A stretch of 64,000 nt of DNA, from contig NZ_JAJBUX010000093.1 in NCBI RefSeq assembly GCF_020860125.1, positions 3-64,002 of the forward strand, given 5' to 3'. Under the pieces are notes generated by a model, which searched no databases, was not told where the DNA came from, and was given only the letters and a program-made list of their open reading frames with translations. Below, piece by piece: positions 47,212 to 57,940 of this stretch. The DNA comes from Cloacibacillus sp. (lineage in GTDB: Bacteria; Synergistota; Synergistia; Synergistales; Synergistaceae). A program made the translations under genes and the position numbers. How positions within the stretch are numbered: position 1 is the first letter of the stretch; the number at the start of each line of letters is the position of its first letter.

Positions 47212-49203
47212 TTATCTTTCTTCGTCTATCGGGGCGTTGAAGTTCCCCGAATCGGCCTCCTCGATGTCGGGCACCTGATGGATGACCGCTTCGGCGTCCG
47301 GAGCGTCGCCGCTCTCATTTTCCTTATCCTTATCTTCCGGCTTATCCCCGCCGTCCTCCGGCTTATCCTCCGCGGCGCTCTCGCCGGGATGCTCCTTCTT
47401 CGGATATCCGAGAAGCTCGTCAAGCTCGTCGCCCTTGAGTATCTCCTTCTCAAGCAGCAGACGCGTGATCTCTTCCAGCCGTTCGCGGTTCTCCGTGAGT
47501 ATCTCCTTCGCCTTGTTCATGCTGCCGTCTACTATCGCGCGAATCTCGAGGTCTATCGTATGGGCGACCTCTTCGCTGTAGTTGCGGTCGTCGACGATAT
47601 CGTGGCCGAGGAATACCTCGTGCTGTTTGCGGCCAAGCGTCACCAGGCCGAGCTTGTCGCTCATGCCGAACTGCGTCACCATCTGGCGCGCGATCTGGGT
47701 AGCGCGCTCAAGGTCGTTGGAGGCGCCCGTCGTCACATCGCCGAAGCAGATGGATTCGGCGACGCGCCCGCCGAGCAGGACGCAGATCTTATCCGCGAGC
47801 TCCTGACGCGAGATGAGGAACCTGTCCTCTTCTGGAAGCTGGAGCGTATAGCCGAGCGCCATATGCCCGCGCGGGATGATCGAAATCTTGTGCACCGGGT
47901 CGGAGCCCTTTATCTTCGCCGCGACGAGGGCGTGCCCCGACTCGTGGTAGGCGATTATTTCGCGCTCTTTCTTGCTGATTATACGGCTCTTGCGTTCCGG
48001 CCCCGCCATGACGCGGTCGATAGCCTCTTCAAATTCCGGCATGCCGAGCATTTCCTTATCGCGCCGCGCCGCGAGTAGCGCCGCCTCGTTGACGAGGTTC
48101 GCCAGGTCGGCGCCGACAAAGCCCGGCGTACGGCGCGCGATGACGTCGAGATCGACGTCGTGCTCTATCTTCATATCACGGAGATGGACCTTGAGGATAT
48201 CGCGGCGTCCGTTGACGTCGGGACGGTCCACCACCACCTGGCGGTCAAAACGTCCCGGGCGCAGCAGCGCGGGGTCGAGAATGTCGGGCCTATTGGTAGC
48301 GGCGATGAGGATTATCCCCGAACCTGCCTCAAAACCGTCCATCTCGACAAGCAGCTGGTTCAGCGTCTGTTCCCGCTCGTCATGGCCGCCGCCGAGTCCG
48401 GCGCCGCGGTGGCGTCCGACGGCGTCTATCTCGTCGATGAATATTATGCAGGGCTGATACTTACGGGCCTGTTCAAAGAGGTCACGGACGCGCGCCGCGC
48501 CGACGCCGACGAACATTTCCACAAAGTCCGAACCGCTGATGCTGAAAAAGGGGACGTCGGCCTCACCGGCCACCGCGCGGGAGAGAAGGGTCTTTCCCGT
48601 TCCCGGAGCGCCGAGCAGAAGCACGCCGCGCGGCACCTTAGCGCCAAGCTTCGTGAACCTAGCGGGGTCCTTAAGGAACTGCACGACCTCTTCAAGTTCC
48701 TCCTTCGACTCGTCGCAGCCCGCGACGTCGGCGAAGGTCACCTTTGGACGGTTGTCAAGGAACAGCTTGGCCTTGCTCTTCGCAAACCCCATAACCTTGC
48801 TGCCGCCGCCCTGCATGTTGTAGATGAAGTAGATCCAGACGCCGATCAAAAGAAGCGTCGGCAGGAGCGACGTCAGAAGCGCCGTGAGCCACGAATTCTT
48901 CGGCGGCGGCACGACTTCGACCTCGACGCCCTTCTCCGCCACTATCGAGGGAAGCGTCGCCGCGTCAAGAATATAGGTCGTGAACTGCTTGCCGGACTTC
49001 AGCGTGCCGGTAAGCTGCTCGTGGTCGATCTTGACCTTCGTCACGTTTCCGCTGTTTACCTCGCTCAGGAAGGTGCTGTAGGGCATCACTTCGCTCTGTG
49101 TGGTTTTTTTAGCGCTGTCAGGGCCCAGGAACACATTGACCAGGCTGACTACCAATACAATGAGGACGATATACATCCCCACGTTTTTAGAAATTTTCTT
49201 CAA
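47212..49203 (-). CDS. ftsH: ATP-dependent zinc metalloprotease FtsH
   Basis: Two N-terminal TMs, AAA '[10 protein letters not shown]', 'IIFIDEIDA' and the zinc site 'HESGHAL'. Confidence 0.96.
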   Translation of the reverse strand: MKKISKNVGMYIVLIVLVVSLVNVFLGPDSAKKTTQSEVMPYSTFLSEVNSGNVTKVKIDHEQLTGTLKSGKQFTTYILDAATLPSIVAEKGVEVEVVPPPKNSWLTALLTSLLPTLLLIGVWIYFIYNMQGGGSKVMGFAKSKAKLFLDNRPKVTFADVAGCDESKEELEEVVQFLKDPARFTKLGAKVPRGVLLLGAPGTGKTLLSRAVAGEADVPFFSISGSDFVEMFVGVGAARVRDLFEQARKYQPCIIFIDEIDAVGRHRGAGLGGGHDEREQTLNQLLVEMDGFEAGSGIILIAATNRPDILDPALLRPGRFDRQVVVDRPDVNGRRDILKVHLRDMKIEHDVDLDVIARRTPGFVGADLANLVNEAALLAARRDKEMLGMPEFEEAIDRVMAGPERKSRIISKKEREIIAYHESGHALVAAKIKGSDPVHKISIIPRGHMALGYTLQLPEEDRFLISRQELADKICVLLGGRVAESICFGDVTTGASNDLERATQIARQMVTQFGMSDKLGLVTLGRKQHEVFLGHDIVDDRNYSEEVAHTIDLEIRAIVDGSMNKAKEILTENRERLEEITRLLLEKEILKGDELDELLGYPKKEHPGESAAEDKPEDGGDKPEDKDKENESGDAPDAEAVIHQVPDIEEADSGNFNAPIDEER

Positions 49204-49275
49204 TATCCATTATCCTCGCTTTCTATTTCTATGCTTTCCTCTTCTTTTCAAAAATAAAACCGCCCGCGCCCTCCG

Positions 49276-49812
49276 TCAGTCCAGAGGCTCGGCGATATGC
49301 ACGGCCGGAAGGTGGCGGAACTGTCCCGCGTAATCCAGGCCGTAACCGATGACAAATTCATCGGGAATGGTAAAACCGGTATATTTGACATCCACATGCT
49401 GTGTGCGGCGCTCGGCCTTGTCAAGCAGCACGCAGATCTCCAGCGACTCGGGTCCGCGCTCACGCAGAAGCTTGCCGATATATGAAAGCGAAAGTCCCGT
49501 GTCAAGTATATCTTCAACTATTATCACATGCCTGCCGTGGATATCCGTGCTCAGATCCTTCTGGATCTTGACCACGCCGCTGCTCTTGGTAGAGACGCCG
49601 TAGGACGATATGGCAAGGAAATCAAGCTGGGCGTCGACATCCGGCCCTATCTCGCGGACAAGGTCGGAGAAAAATATCACGGCCCCTTTGAGTACGCAGA
49701 CGAAGACTACCTTCTTTCCCCTGTAGTCCTCACGAATCCTTGACCCGAGCTCCTTTACCTTCCTGCGAAGCTCCTCTTCCGAAAGCAATACTCTGCCTAT
49801 TCTATACTCCAA
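49276..49812 (-). CDS. hpt: Hypoxanthine phosphoribosyltransferase
   Basis: PRT motif 'VIIVEDILDTGLSL' and 'VIGYGLDYAGQFRHLP'. Sits in the conserved tilS-hpt-ftsH arrangement. Confidence 0.93.
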   Translation of the reverse strand: MEYRIGRVLLSEEELRRKVKELGSRIREDYRGKKVVFVCVLKGAVIFFSDLVREIGPDVDAQLDFLAISSYGVSTKSSGVVKIQKDLSTDIHGRHVIIVEDILDTGLSLSYIGKLLRERGPESLEICVLLDKAERRTQHVDVKYTGFTIPDEFVIGYGLDYAGQFRHLPAVHIAEPLD

Positions 49813-49881
49813 AATTGAGCACTCCCTTTAGGGCAATAAATTGCAGCTTACAAACAATTAAGAATAATATCATATTTCGTA

Positions 49882-50913
49882 TTATCTCGCCCACCATGGA
49901 AGCCTATTTTCGCAGGTATTTTTGCTAAAAATTTTCCCCGCCTTTATATCGGCCCGATGAAGCCAGCCGATACCGCGTTCCGAATAGCAGACTTCGATGT
50001 CGCGCGCCCACTGGAAACGCCAGCATCCGCCGCGCCGCACAAGTCCGGCGAGCTCGTTCGTGCGCGCGCGTGAAAGCGCGGGCAGCGAAAGCTCCGCTCC
50101 CTGAAGGCGGAGCATCTCGGCGAGGGTAAGCTCCGGCAGCTCCTTAAGCCCGCAAGTCCGCCAGGCGGCAAGCGCCGGCGGCTGATTAAAGGCGATCTTC
50201 GATATTTCCCCGCGCGCCGCGCTCTCCTTGGCCTCCACCTCGGCGCTCACCTGCTTCGCGAGGCCGAGCATCACGCCCTCAAAACCGGAGTTGAGATTCT
50301 CCTTTATCCAGGGGATGAGTATGTTTCGCACCTTGTTGCGGGTGTAATCCGATTCGTCGTTGGTGAAATCATCGCGCCAGGGAACGCCGTTTTCCCGCAG
50401 TATCCGACGCAGCTCTTCGCGGCTGAAGTCGATCACCGGACGCACGATATTGCCGCGCACCTCCGGTATGCCACGCAGCCCGGCGAGCCCGCTGCCGCGC
50501 GCAAGGTTCATCAGCTGGGTCTCCACCACGTCGTCTGAGTTGTGGCCGACGGCAATATAGGGCAGTTCAAGCCGCGCCGCCGTCTCATAAAAATGTTCGT
50601 AGCGCGCGCGCCGCCCCGCCATTTCAAAGGACTCTCCGCTCTCGCGGCAGTGGTGGACGTCGGTGACCTTGACGGCACACTCTATCCCCCAGCTCTCGCA
50701 GAGCTCCCGCACAAATATGGCGTCCTCATGCGAGCCGCCATCCCGGGTACAATGATCGAGATGCGCCGCCGCCAGACGCCCTTTAAAAAAATTTTTCAGC
50801 AGCCAAAGCATCGCCACGGAATCGCCGCCGCCCGAAAGGGCGCAGACGATGCCGGAGGCCTCCGCCCACCCCTGACGCGAGGCGGCGGCGAGAAACTTTC
50901 GCCTATAATCCAT
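49882..50913 (-). CDS. tilS: tRNA(Ile)-lysidine synthetase
   Basis: PP-loop 'ALSGGGDS' and 'AVGHNSDDVVET'. Position upstream of hpt-ftsH. Confidence 0.88.
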   Translation of the reverse strand: MDYRRKFLAAASRQGWAEASGIVCALSGGGDSVAMLWLLKNFFKGRLAAAHLDHCTRDGGSHEDAIFVRELCESWGIECAVKVTDVHHCRESGESFEMAGRRARYEHFYETAARLELPYIAVGHNSDDVVETQLMNLARGSGLAGLRGIPEVRGNIVRPVIDFSREELRRILRENGVPWRDDFTNDESDYTRNKVRNILIPWIKENLNSGFEGVMLGLAKQVSAEVEAKESAARGEISKIAFNQPPALAAWRTCGLKELPELTLAEMLRLQGAELSLPALSRARTNELAGLVRRGGCWRFQWARDIEVCYSERGIGWLHRADIKAGKIFSKNTCENRLPWWAR

Positions 50914-51598
50914 CGGCGGCCTCCGCCGCCCTCTTTCCGTAATCGCACCACGCCGCGAGTGTACAGTGGGCGCAGTCGGGCTTTCGCGCGCTGCATATGC
51001 CGCGGCCGTGTTCGAGGAAATTCAGGTGGCCGCCGCGAAAACGCTCCTGTGGCAGCGTCGCCTCCAGCAGCGCCTGTATCTTATCCGGCGGATTCTTCTC
51101 GTCGGCCCAGCCAAAGCGCTTGCTGAGGCGCGTGATATGCGTGTCGACGGGAAACCCCGGCAGTCCGAGATCGAAGCATTCGACGATCGCCGAGGTCTTC
51201 GGCCCCACGCCCGGCAGCGAAGTCAGGTACTCGCGCACCTCCGGCTGCCGCCAGCCGCGGAGCTCCTTCAGCGTATAGCCGCCGAACCGCTCCTTCACCG
51301 CCGCCAATATCTGCTGGATGCGGGCGGGCTTCGTGCTGCTCATCCCCGCGATGCGCAGCACCTCCTTAAGCTCCTCAAGGTCGGCCTGCGCCACCTCGTC
51401 CCAGGAAGAATAGGTGGCCTTCATCTTCGCGAAAGCCTTGTCGCGCAGCTTGTCGTTGGTATTCTGCGAGAGTATCGTCAATATCAGGTCGTCAAGCGGC
51501 TCCTCATACCAGAAGTCGGACGCGGGACGCGCCTCGTTTCCGTAGAGTGCCTCCAAGCCGTCAAGTATCTCCTGTACATGGTGGATGACGGCCATCAT
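50903..51598 (-). CDS. nth: Endonuclease III-like HhH-GPD base-excision glycosylase with 4Fe-4S cluster
   Basis: HhH 'LTSLPGVGPKTSAIV', 'VDTHITR' and the Cys ladder 'CSARKPDCAHCTLAAWC' (C-x6-C-x2-C-x5-C). Confidence 0.8.
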   Translation of the reverse strand: MMAVIHHVQEILDGLEALYGNEARPASDFWYEEPLDDLILTILSQNTNDKLRDKAFAKMKATYSSWDEVAQADLEELKEVLRIAGMSSTKPARIQQILAAVKERFGGYTLKELRGWRQPEVREYLTSLPGVGPKTSAIVECFDLGLPGFPVDTHITRLSKRFGWADEKNPPDKIQALLEATLPQERFRGGHLNFLEHGRGICSARKPDCAHCTLAAWCDYGKRAAEAADGL

Positions 51599-54144
51599 TC
51601 CGCCTCTTTCGCCACAGGAGCCTCTTTGTCTTTGCTCTCCGCCGGCTCCGTCTTTTTCTTTCCCCGCTTTTTAGGCGGGTCCACACGGTCCGTCATGACC
51701 TTCTTGTAGCGGAAAGAGCGCTCGAGCCACCCCTCAAGAGCCGCCTGCACGCGCCCATGGACGCTCTTCTTTGGATACTGCCCCTTCTCGTCCATGCTTC
51801 CCGCGGGGATGCCCGTAAGTATCTCTATCCCCTCGTCTATGCTCGAAATGCTCCAGATATGGAACCTGTTTTTCCTCACCGCCTCCGTCACCTCATGGTT
51901 CAGCATGAGATGCTGCTCGTTCTGAACGGGAATGATGACCCCCTGCTTTCCCGTGAGGCCGCGCGCCTTGCAGTAGCGGAAGAAGCCCTCTATCTTCTCG
52001 TTGACGCCGCCGATCGGCTGAATGAATCCCATCTGGTCGACGGAGCCGGTGACCGCGATCCCCTGATTGAGCGGGATACCGGCGATCGCCGATATCAGGC
52101 AGTAAAGCTCCGTGGACGAGGCGCTGTCGCCCTCGATCCCGCCGTAAGTCTGCTCAAAGGCGATACGGGCGCTGACGGAGAGCGGGAATTCCCGCGCGTA
52201 CATCCGCCCGAGATAGCTCGTGAGTATCATCAGCCCTTTGTTGTGTATCGGGCCGGTCATGCTCACCTCTCGTTCGATGTTGACGACGCCCTCCGCCCCC
52301 ATAAATACGTTGGCGGTTATGCGTACCGGCGAGCCGAAAGAATGGTCTATCAGCTGCGAAACTGTGAGGCCGTTTATCTGACCTACGACCTCGCCCTCGG
52401 TATCGATGCGGATGACGCCCTTGCGGTACTCATCAAGGACCTTGTCCTCCCACATATCGGCGCGGAATACCTTCTCCTCAAGGGCCTTGCGCACATGGTC
52501 GACGCCGACGAGCTTCTTGCCGCCGGCCTTCGCGCAGGCCGTCGACTCGACCAGGATCTCGGCGATCTTATTAAGCTGTGTCGAAAGCTTGTTCCGGTCC
52601 TCCGCGAGACGCGAGGCCCATTCGATGACCTCGCCGACGGCGGCCGCGGTAAAGTTGAGCCGGCCCTCGCGCGCGACGAAGCCCGCGACGAACTGCGCGA
52701 TCTGATACTCGCTCTCGGCGGTGCGCGGCATCTCCGAGTCAAACTCGGCCTTTATCTTAAAGACCTTCTGGAACTCGGGGTCATATATATTGAGCAGATA
52801 GTAAAGGTAGGGGGTGCCTACGATCACCACCTTCATATCAATCGGTATAGGCTCCGGACGCAGCGAGGATACCGGTATATAACCGAGCTGCTCGCCGAGA
52901 TTCTCTATCGAGAGTTCACGGTAGCGCAGGACTCGCTTCAGCACATCCCAGGACATAAACTGGCGCAGCAGCTCGTCGGCGTCCAGCAGCAGGAAGCCGC
53001 CGTTCGCGCGGTGCATCGCGCCGGGGGTGATGCGGCGGAAATCCGTATAAAGATTCCCCTGCCGGTTTTCATAATCCACCTTGCCTACGAGGTTATAGTA
53101 AATCGGGTTCGTCTCACAGATCACGGGTGCGCCGTCGTGCGGATTGTTAGAGATGAAGGCGTTCACCTCGTAGCGGGAAAAGTCGACCTCGGCGGCGTCG
53201 TCGCGCACGGCGGCGAGGAATACGTTGAAATTGGCGATAAGATCCTCCGTGAGGTCGTCGAGCCACTTCGCGAGCTTTTCGTTAGGCATGTGCTTGCCGC
53301 GCAGCTCCGTAAGAATGGGCGCGATCGCCACCCGGCAGATCTGACTCTCCAGCTCCTTGATCTTCTCCTTGAGCTCCTTTTCCCACTCGCGGATGAGACG
53401 CAGCTTCTCCAGCGTCTTCTGCGAGATTTCCTCGGAGACCTTCTGCAGCGCCTCCTGTTCCGTTTCCGAAAGCTTTTCAAACTCCTCCTGCTGCATCTCG
53501 CGGCGGACGAGCTGTTTTTCTCCCTCTTCTTCCTTTTTCTCGGCTTCGCCCTGTCCATCCTCATTTGAGGGCAGCGGCGGCGCCATTATCAGCGGCAGGT
53601 TGACAAAACCCTGCGGCGTGCGCTTGATCGCGAAATCCTTCGATTCGGCCCACTTCCGCAGCTCTTCCATGATCGCGTTGACCTCGTCCTGGAAGGACTT
53701 CACCAACTGCGCCTTGTTATCCTCGAATTCGTTGTTGTCGAAGGCCTTCGCGAGCGCCGTCTTGAGATCCTCGATCGCGTCCTCGGCGTCCTTCGCAAGC
53801 TCGCGCCCCTTGCCGGCGGGCAGGTTGATCGCCAGCGGCAGGCTCGGGTCGTCGAAATTATAGACATATACCCAGTCGTCCGGCGCTGGCATATCGGCGG
53901 CGGAGCGTTTCAGCTCCTCCAGCGCGTAGGTGGTGCGGCCGCATCCCGGCTCGCCTACCATAAAAATGTTATAACCCTTGCTCTGCACCGAGAGGCCAAA
54001 GCCGACGGAACGCACTGCGCGCTCCTGTCCGATCAGCCCCGTGAGCTTGTCCAGCCCCTTTGTCGTCTTAAAGCCAAGGGCCTCCAGGTCGGCCGCGCGG
54101 CGAAGTTTGTCGGCGGAAAGTTGTTTATCCTTTATGAGAGACAT
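51595..54144 (-). CDS. Lon-like (LonC-type) protease with helical insertion and degenerate P-loop
   Basis: P-loop-like 'GEPGCGRTT' (Arg where Lys is expected). A long Glu/Lys-rich helical insertion. Lon protease domain 'GDSASSTELYCLISAIAG...GGVNEKIEGF' (Ser-Lys dyad). ATG 54144 (MSLIKDK) lies 5 nt after CAGGAGGAG. Confidence 0.8.
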   Translation of the reverse strand: MSLIKDKQLSADKLRRAADLEALGFKTTKGLDKLTGLIGQERAVRSVGFGLSVQSKGYNIFMVGEPGCGRTTYALEELKRSAADMPAPDDWVYVYNFDDPSLPLAINLPAGKGRELAKDAEDAIEDLKTALAKAFDNNEFEDNKAQLVKSFQDEVNAIMEELRKWAESKDFAIKRTPQGFVNLPLIMAPPLPSNEDGQGEAEKKEEEGEKQLVRREMQQEEFEKLSETEQEALQKVSEEISQKTLEKLRLIREWEKELKEKIKELESQICRVAIAPILTELRGKHMPNEKLAKWLDDLTEDLIANFNVFLAAVRDDAAEVDFSRYEVNAFISNNPHDGAPVICETNPIYYNLVGKVDYENRQGNLYTDFRRITPGAMHRANGGFLLLDADELLRQFMSWDVLKRVLRYRELSIENLGEQLGYIPVSSLRPEPIPIDMKVVIVGTPYLYYLLNIYDPEFQKVFKIKAEFDSEMPRTAESEYQIAQFVAGFVAREGRLNFTAAAVGEVIEWASRLAEDRNKLSTQLNKIAEILVESTACAKAGGKKLVGVDHVRKALEEKVFRADMWEDKVLDEYRKGVIRIDTEGEVVGQINGLTVSQLIDHSFGSPVRITANVFMGAEGVVNIEREVSMTGPIHNKGLMILTSYLGRMYAREFPLSVSARIAFEQTYGGIEGDSASSTELYCLISAIAGIPLNQGIAVTGSVDQMGFIQPIGGVNEKIEGFFRYCKARGLTGKQGVIIPVQNEQHLMLNHEVTEAVRKNRFHIWSISSIDEGIEILTGIPAGSMDEKGQYPKKSVHGRVQAALEGWLERSFRYKKVMTDRVDPPKKRGKKKTEPAESKDKEAPVAKEAE

Positions 54145-54335
54145 TAAGCTCCTCCTGATCATTTTCGGTTTTAAGTTCAAAGAAATGCCCGCCCGCGGCC
54201 CGCCAAGGGCAGGCTCCTGCGGCGCGGACACCGCAACATGCCTAATCTATAACAAATGTTAATATTAGTCAAAGGGAAATTTTCTCATTGAGCCTTAGCG
54301 GTAAAAAAATATTGTTATATTTATAAAAAGTACGG

Positions 54336-54371
54336 ACAAAAATAAGGAGAACAACCAAAGCTGTCCTCCTT
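54336..54371 (-). terminator. Probable terminator downstream of the cold-shock gene
   Basis: 10-bp stem with one mismatch (54344-54353 / 54362-54371), followed on the minus strand by ATTTTTGT. Confidence 0.5.
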
Positions 54372-54426
54372 TTCGATCTCGATTTCTTTTATAAAATATT
54401 GATAATATAAAGAAATACTGCTGAAG

Positions 54427-54630
54427 TTAGATTTTCTCTACGTCGGAAGCATGGGGACCCTTGCTGCCCTGGGTAATCTCGAAGCTTACTTTCTGACCCT
54501 CATCAAGTGTTTTGAAACCGTCGCCCTGGATAGCGCTGAAGTGGACAAATACATCGTTGCCTTCGTCAGTTGTGATGAATCCATAACCCTTCGTTGCGTT
54601 AAACCATTTTACTGTGCCGTTGCTTTTCAA
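54427..54630 (-). CDS. cspA: Cold-shock protein (CspA family)
   Basis: '[15 protein letters not shown]' (RNP1) and 'VFVHFSAI' (RNP2). Start assigned to TTG 54630, 7 nt after GGGAGG, which gives the canonical short N-terminus. Confidence 0.9.
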   Translation of the reverse strand: MKSNGTVKWFNATKGYGFITTDEGNDVFVHFSAIQGDGFKTLDEGQKVSFEITQGSKGPHASDVEKI

Positions 54631-54684
54631 GGTGTTGCCTCCCAACAGGAAATATTTATAGCATCGGCTTGCGCCGACTTTTAT

Positions 54685-54713
54685 ACTTTATACTTTAATG
54701 CACAGCTTGTCAA
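54685..54713 (-). promoter_or_regulatory. Candidate csp promoter (TTGACA-17 nt-TAAAGT)
   Basis: Minus-strand TTGACA (54713-54708) with a 17-nt spacer to TAAAGT (54690-54685). The region has tandem TATAAAG repeats, and a GNRA-capped hairpin UCGGC-GCAA-GCCGA lies in the short 5' UTR. Confidence 0.35.
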
Positions 54714-54894
54714 GGTCATTTACTTAATTTTCAGCTTATTTAGCTATTTTTCATGAAGCTAAGTAATATTTCTGAACCAACGAATCATAAAGCCCGTAAT
54801 ATTTAGAAATTATAATTATAGTTTAAAAACAGGCGATTTATTCTTCTGTGGAAAATGCTTAGAAAAATTTCTCATAAAAGTACCGTTAAAACTA

Positions 54895-54923
54895 TTGTTT
54901 GATGTTAATTGATGTATTATAAT
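54895..54923 (+). promoter_or_regulatory. Candidate clpB promoter (TTGTTT-17 nt-TATAAT)
   Basis: TTGTTT 54895-54900, exact 17-nt spacer, TATAAT 54918-54923, about 55 nt upstream of the clpB ATG. Confidence 0.4.
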
Positions 54924-54977
54924 ATCTCCGTAACATCAGTATTGGTTAAATGTAGTTCCCAGGAGGGATATATAGAT

Positions 54978-57602
54978 ATGGATATGAATAAACTGACACA
55001 GAAATCACAGGAGGCCTTCTACGAGGCGCAGAATATCGCCGTCCGCCACGGACATCAGGAGGTGGACGCCGAAAATCTTGCGCTCGCGCTGCTGCGGCAG
55101 GAGAACGGGCTCATCCCGCGCCTCTTCGACAAAATGAACATCCCGGTGGAGAGCCTCGCCGGCGCCATTGAAAACGAGCTCAACAAGAAACCGCGGGTAT
55201 CGGGGGCGGGACAGGAGACGGGCAAGATATATGTCTCTCAGCGCCTCTCCAAGATCCTCGTCAGGGCGGAGGACGAGGCCAACGGACTAAAGGACGAATA
55301 CATCTCCGTCGAGCACCTCTTCCTCGCGATACTCTACGAGACAAAGGGCGCCCCACTCGGCAGGATCTTTGAGACCTTCGGCATCACCCCCGAAAAATTC
55401 CTCAAGACCCTCTCCGAGGTGCGCGGCAATCAGCGCGTCACCAGCGACAACCCCGAGGACACCTACGACGCGCTGGAAAAATACGGGCGCGACCTCGTGA
55501 AGGCGGCGCGTGAAAACAAGCTCGACCCCGTCATCGGACGTGACGAGGAGATACGCCGCACCATCCGCATACTGAGCCGCAAGACGAAGAACAACCCCGT
55601 GCTCATCGGCGAGCCGGGCGTCGGCAAGACGGCCATCGCCGAGGGGCTCGCGATCCGCATCATGCGCGGGGACGTGCCGGAAAACCTCAAGGACCGCATC
55701 ATCTTCGCGCTCGACATGGGCTCCCTCATCGCGGGCGCCAAGTTCCGCGGCGAATTTGAGGAACGCCTGAAGGCCGTCCTCGACGAGGTGAAAAAGAGCG
55801 AGGGACGCATCATCCTCTTCATCGACGAGCTGCATACCATCGTGGGGGCGGGCAAGACCGACGGCGCGCTCGACGCGGGCAACATGCTCAAGCCGCTGCT
55901 GGCGCGCGGAGAACTGCACTGCATCGGCGCGACGACGCTTGAGGAATACCGCCAGTACATCGAGAAGGACGCCGCCCTTGAACGGCGCTTCCAGCCGGTC
56001 ATGGTGGAGCCGCCGAGCGTCGAGGACACGGTATCCATCCTGCGCGGCCTCAAAGAGCGCTTCCAGGTGCACCACGGCGTAAGGATTCAGGACAGCGCGC
56101 TCGTCGCGGCGGCGACGCTTTCAAACCGCTACATCACGGACCGCTTCCTGCCCGACAAGGCCATCGACCTTATCGACGAAGCCTGCGCGATGATACGCAC
56201 GGACATCGATTCCCTGCCGACGGACCTCGACTCTGTCAACCGCCGCGTAATGCAGCTGGAGATCGAAGAGGCGGCGCTGAAACTCGAAAAGGACAAGGCG
56301 AGCAAGGAACGGCTCGACGCCCTCCAGAAAGAGCTTGCCGACGCCAAGGAGCACGCCAACACCCTGCGGGCGCAGTATGAGGTAGAAAAAGAGAACATCG
56401 TTAAAATACGCTCGATGCGCGAAGAGATCGAAAAGGTGCGCCACCAGATAGACGAGGCGGAGCGCAATTACGACCTCAATCTCGCCGCCCAGCTCCGTTA
56501 CGGCACGCTCAGCAAACTTGAGGGAGACCTCAAGATAGAGGAGGAAAACCTCAGCGGCATCGAAGGCGGCGGTCCGAAACTGCTGCGCGAAGAGGTTACG
56601 GAAGAGGAGATTGCCGAGATCGTCGCGAAATGGACGGGCATCCCCGTCACGCGCCTTGTAGAGGGAGAGCGCGAGAAGCTGCTCCATCTCGACACGGTGC
56701 TCCACGAGCGCGTCGTCGGACAGGACGAGGCCGTCAACCTGGTGGCCGACGCCGTCCTGCGTGCGCGTTCCGGCATCAAGGACCCGAAGCGCCCGATAGG
56801 CTCCTTCATCTTCCTCGGCCCCACCGGAGTCGGAAAAACAGAGCTGGCGAGGGCTCTCGCGGAATCGCTCTTTGACTCCGAGGACAACATCGTGCGCATC
56901 GACATGTCGGAATACATGGAAAAGCACTCCGTCTCCCGCCTTGTGGGAGCGCCTCCGGGATACGTCGGCTACGAGGAGGGCGGACAGCTCACAGAGGCGG
57001 TGCGCCGCCATCCCTACTCCGTAGTGCTCTTTGACGAAATAGAGAAGGCACACCCAGACGTATTCAACATCATGCTGCAGATCCTTGACGACGGACGTGT
57101 GACAGACAGCCACGGGCGCACGGTGAACTTCAAAAACTGCGTCATCATCATGACCAGCAACATCGGCGCGCAGATACTGATCGACGGCATGGACGACGAC
57201 GGCAAACTCGCCGAGGGCGCGGTGGAAGAGGTCATGGGGCTTATGCGCACGAAATTCCGCCCCGAATTCCTCAACCGCGTGGACGAGATGATATGCTTCA
57301 AACCGCTGACGCTGAAGGACATCCGCCAGATAGTGCGCCTCATCCTCAGGCAGCTCGAACTGAGGCTGCATGACCGCAATATCAACCTCGAACTTACCGA
57401 CGGAGCCCTCGACGTCTGCGCGAAAAATGGCTATGACCCCATCTACGGGGCGCGCCCGCTCAAACGCTACGTCCAGAAGGCCCTCGAGACGTCTATCGCG
57501 CGCGCCATCATCGCTGGAGACATCCGCGACGGCGGCACGATCCACGTCGTCGAAAAAGACGGGGCGATCGACATGCGGTTCGAGAACCACAAAACCGACT
57601 GA
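54978..57602 (+). CDS. clpB: ATP-dependent chaperone ClpB
   Basis: Clp N-domain, NBD1 '[10 protein letters not shown]', a long coiled-coil middle domain and NBD2 '[11 protein letters not shown]'. ATG 54978 (MDMNKLT) follows AGGAGG. Confidence 0.96.
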   Translation: MDMNKLTQKSQEAFYEAQNIAVRHGHQEVDAENLALALLRQENGLIPRLFDKMNIPVESLAGAIENELNKKPRVSGAGQETGKIYVSQRLSKILVRAEDEANGLKDEYISVEHLFLAILYETKGAPLGRIFETFGITPEKFLKTLSEVRGNQRVTSDNPEDTYDALEKYGRDLVKAARENKLDPVIGRDEEIRRTIRILSRKTKNNPVLIGEPGVGKTAIAEGLAIRIMRGDVPENLKDRIIFALDMGSLIAGAKFRGEFEERLKAVLDEVKKSEGRIILFIDELHTIVGAGKTDGALDAGNMLKPLLARGELHCIGATTLEEYRQYIEKDAALERRFQPVMVEPPSVEDTVSILRGLKERFQVHHGVRIQDSALVAAATLSNRYITDRFLPDKAIDLIDEACAMIRTDIDSLPTDLDSVNRRVMQLEIEEAALKLEKDKASKERLDALQKELADAKEHANTLRAQYEVEKENIVKIRSMREEIEKVRHQIDEAERNYDLNLAAQLRYGTLSKLEGDLKIEEENLSGIEGGGPKLLREEVTEEEIAEIVAKWTGIPVTRLVEGEREKLLHLDTVLHERVVGQDEAVNLVADAVLRARSGIKDPKRPIGSFIFLGPTGVGKTELARALAESLFDSEDNIVRIDMSEYMEKHSVSRLVGAPPGYVGYEEGGQLTEAVRRHPYSVVLFDEIEKAHPDVFNIMLQILDDGRVTDSHGRTVNFKNCVIIMTSNIGAQILIDGMDDDGKLAEGAVEEVMGLMRTKFRPEFLNRVDEMICFKPLTLKDIRQIVRLILRQLELRLHDRNINLELTDGALDVCAKNGYDPIYGARPLKRYVQKALETSIARAIIAGDIRDGGTIHVVEKDGAIDMRFENHKTD

Positions 57603-57873
57603 TAAAGGCCGGTATCCGGCAGGAAAATCAGGGTAAGCGCATCAAGTCTTTTGAAGAATATTGCGCAGCCCGTGCTGCCGGACGGCGGCATTTTTCGCTT
57701 TCACATGGCAGTGGAAGGCCGCGGTGAACATTTACAGAAGGGAAACCGCAGCGTTTTTCTTAATATCCGTAAAGTAATTTACGGCGAACGTTGCGAAAGC
57801 GATAAAAATGACGCCGCCCGGCGGCATGGGCGCAGACGGATAATTTTCATGCTTTTACCCTGGCAGGAAGATA

Positions 57874-57903
57874 AACCGGGTGTAAAAAGCCCGGTTTTTA
57901 TTT
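57874..57903 (+). terminator. Hairpin plus T-tract about 270 nt downstream of clpB
   Basis: Stem AACCGGG/CCCGGTT (57874-57880 / 57890-57896), followed by TTTTATTT. It overlaps the likely htpG promoter region. Confidence 0.45.
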
Positions 57904-57940
57904 ATAATATCCAACGTATTATCATTAAGGAGGAAATTTT

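Noticed and set aside
51757-53568. 603-aa ORF on the plus strand, antisense to the Lon-like protease gene
   Set aside because: It lies in the codon-aligned antisense frame of a GC-rich gene, where the sense codons TTA/CTA/TCA (antisense stops) are rare. Its composition (Leu/Arg/Asp/Val/His-rich, no motifs, no SD) is typical of shadow ORFs, and the opposite strand has an unambiguous Lon-family product.
54646-54977. Search for heat-shock operators (CIRCE, CtsR heptad repeats, HAIR) upstream of clpB, and a cold-shock box upstream of csp
   Set aside because: Only trivial short inverted repeats (AGAAA-AA-TTTCT) and a loose GTCAAGGTCAT string were seen. Nothing matches TTAGCACTC-N9-GAGTGCTAA, GGTCAAA-NAN-GGTCAAA or CTTGAGT-N7-ACTCAAG.
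56121-57590. 489-aa ORF (and the 262-aa ORF at 55287-56075) antisense to clpB
   Set aside because: The same shadow-frame artefact. clpB on the plus strand is strongly supported by Walker motifs, and the antisense products have no recognisable domains.
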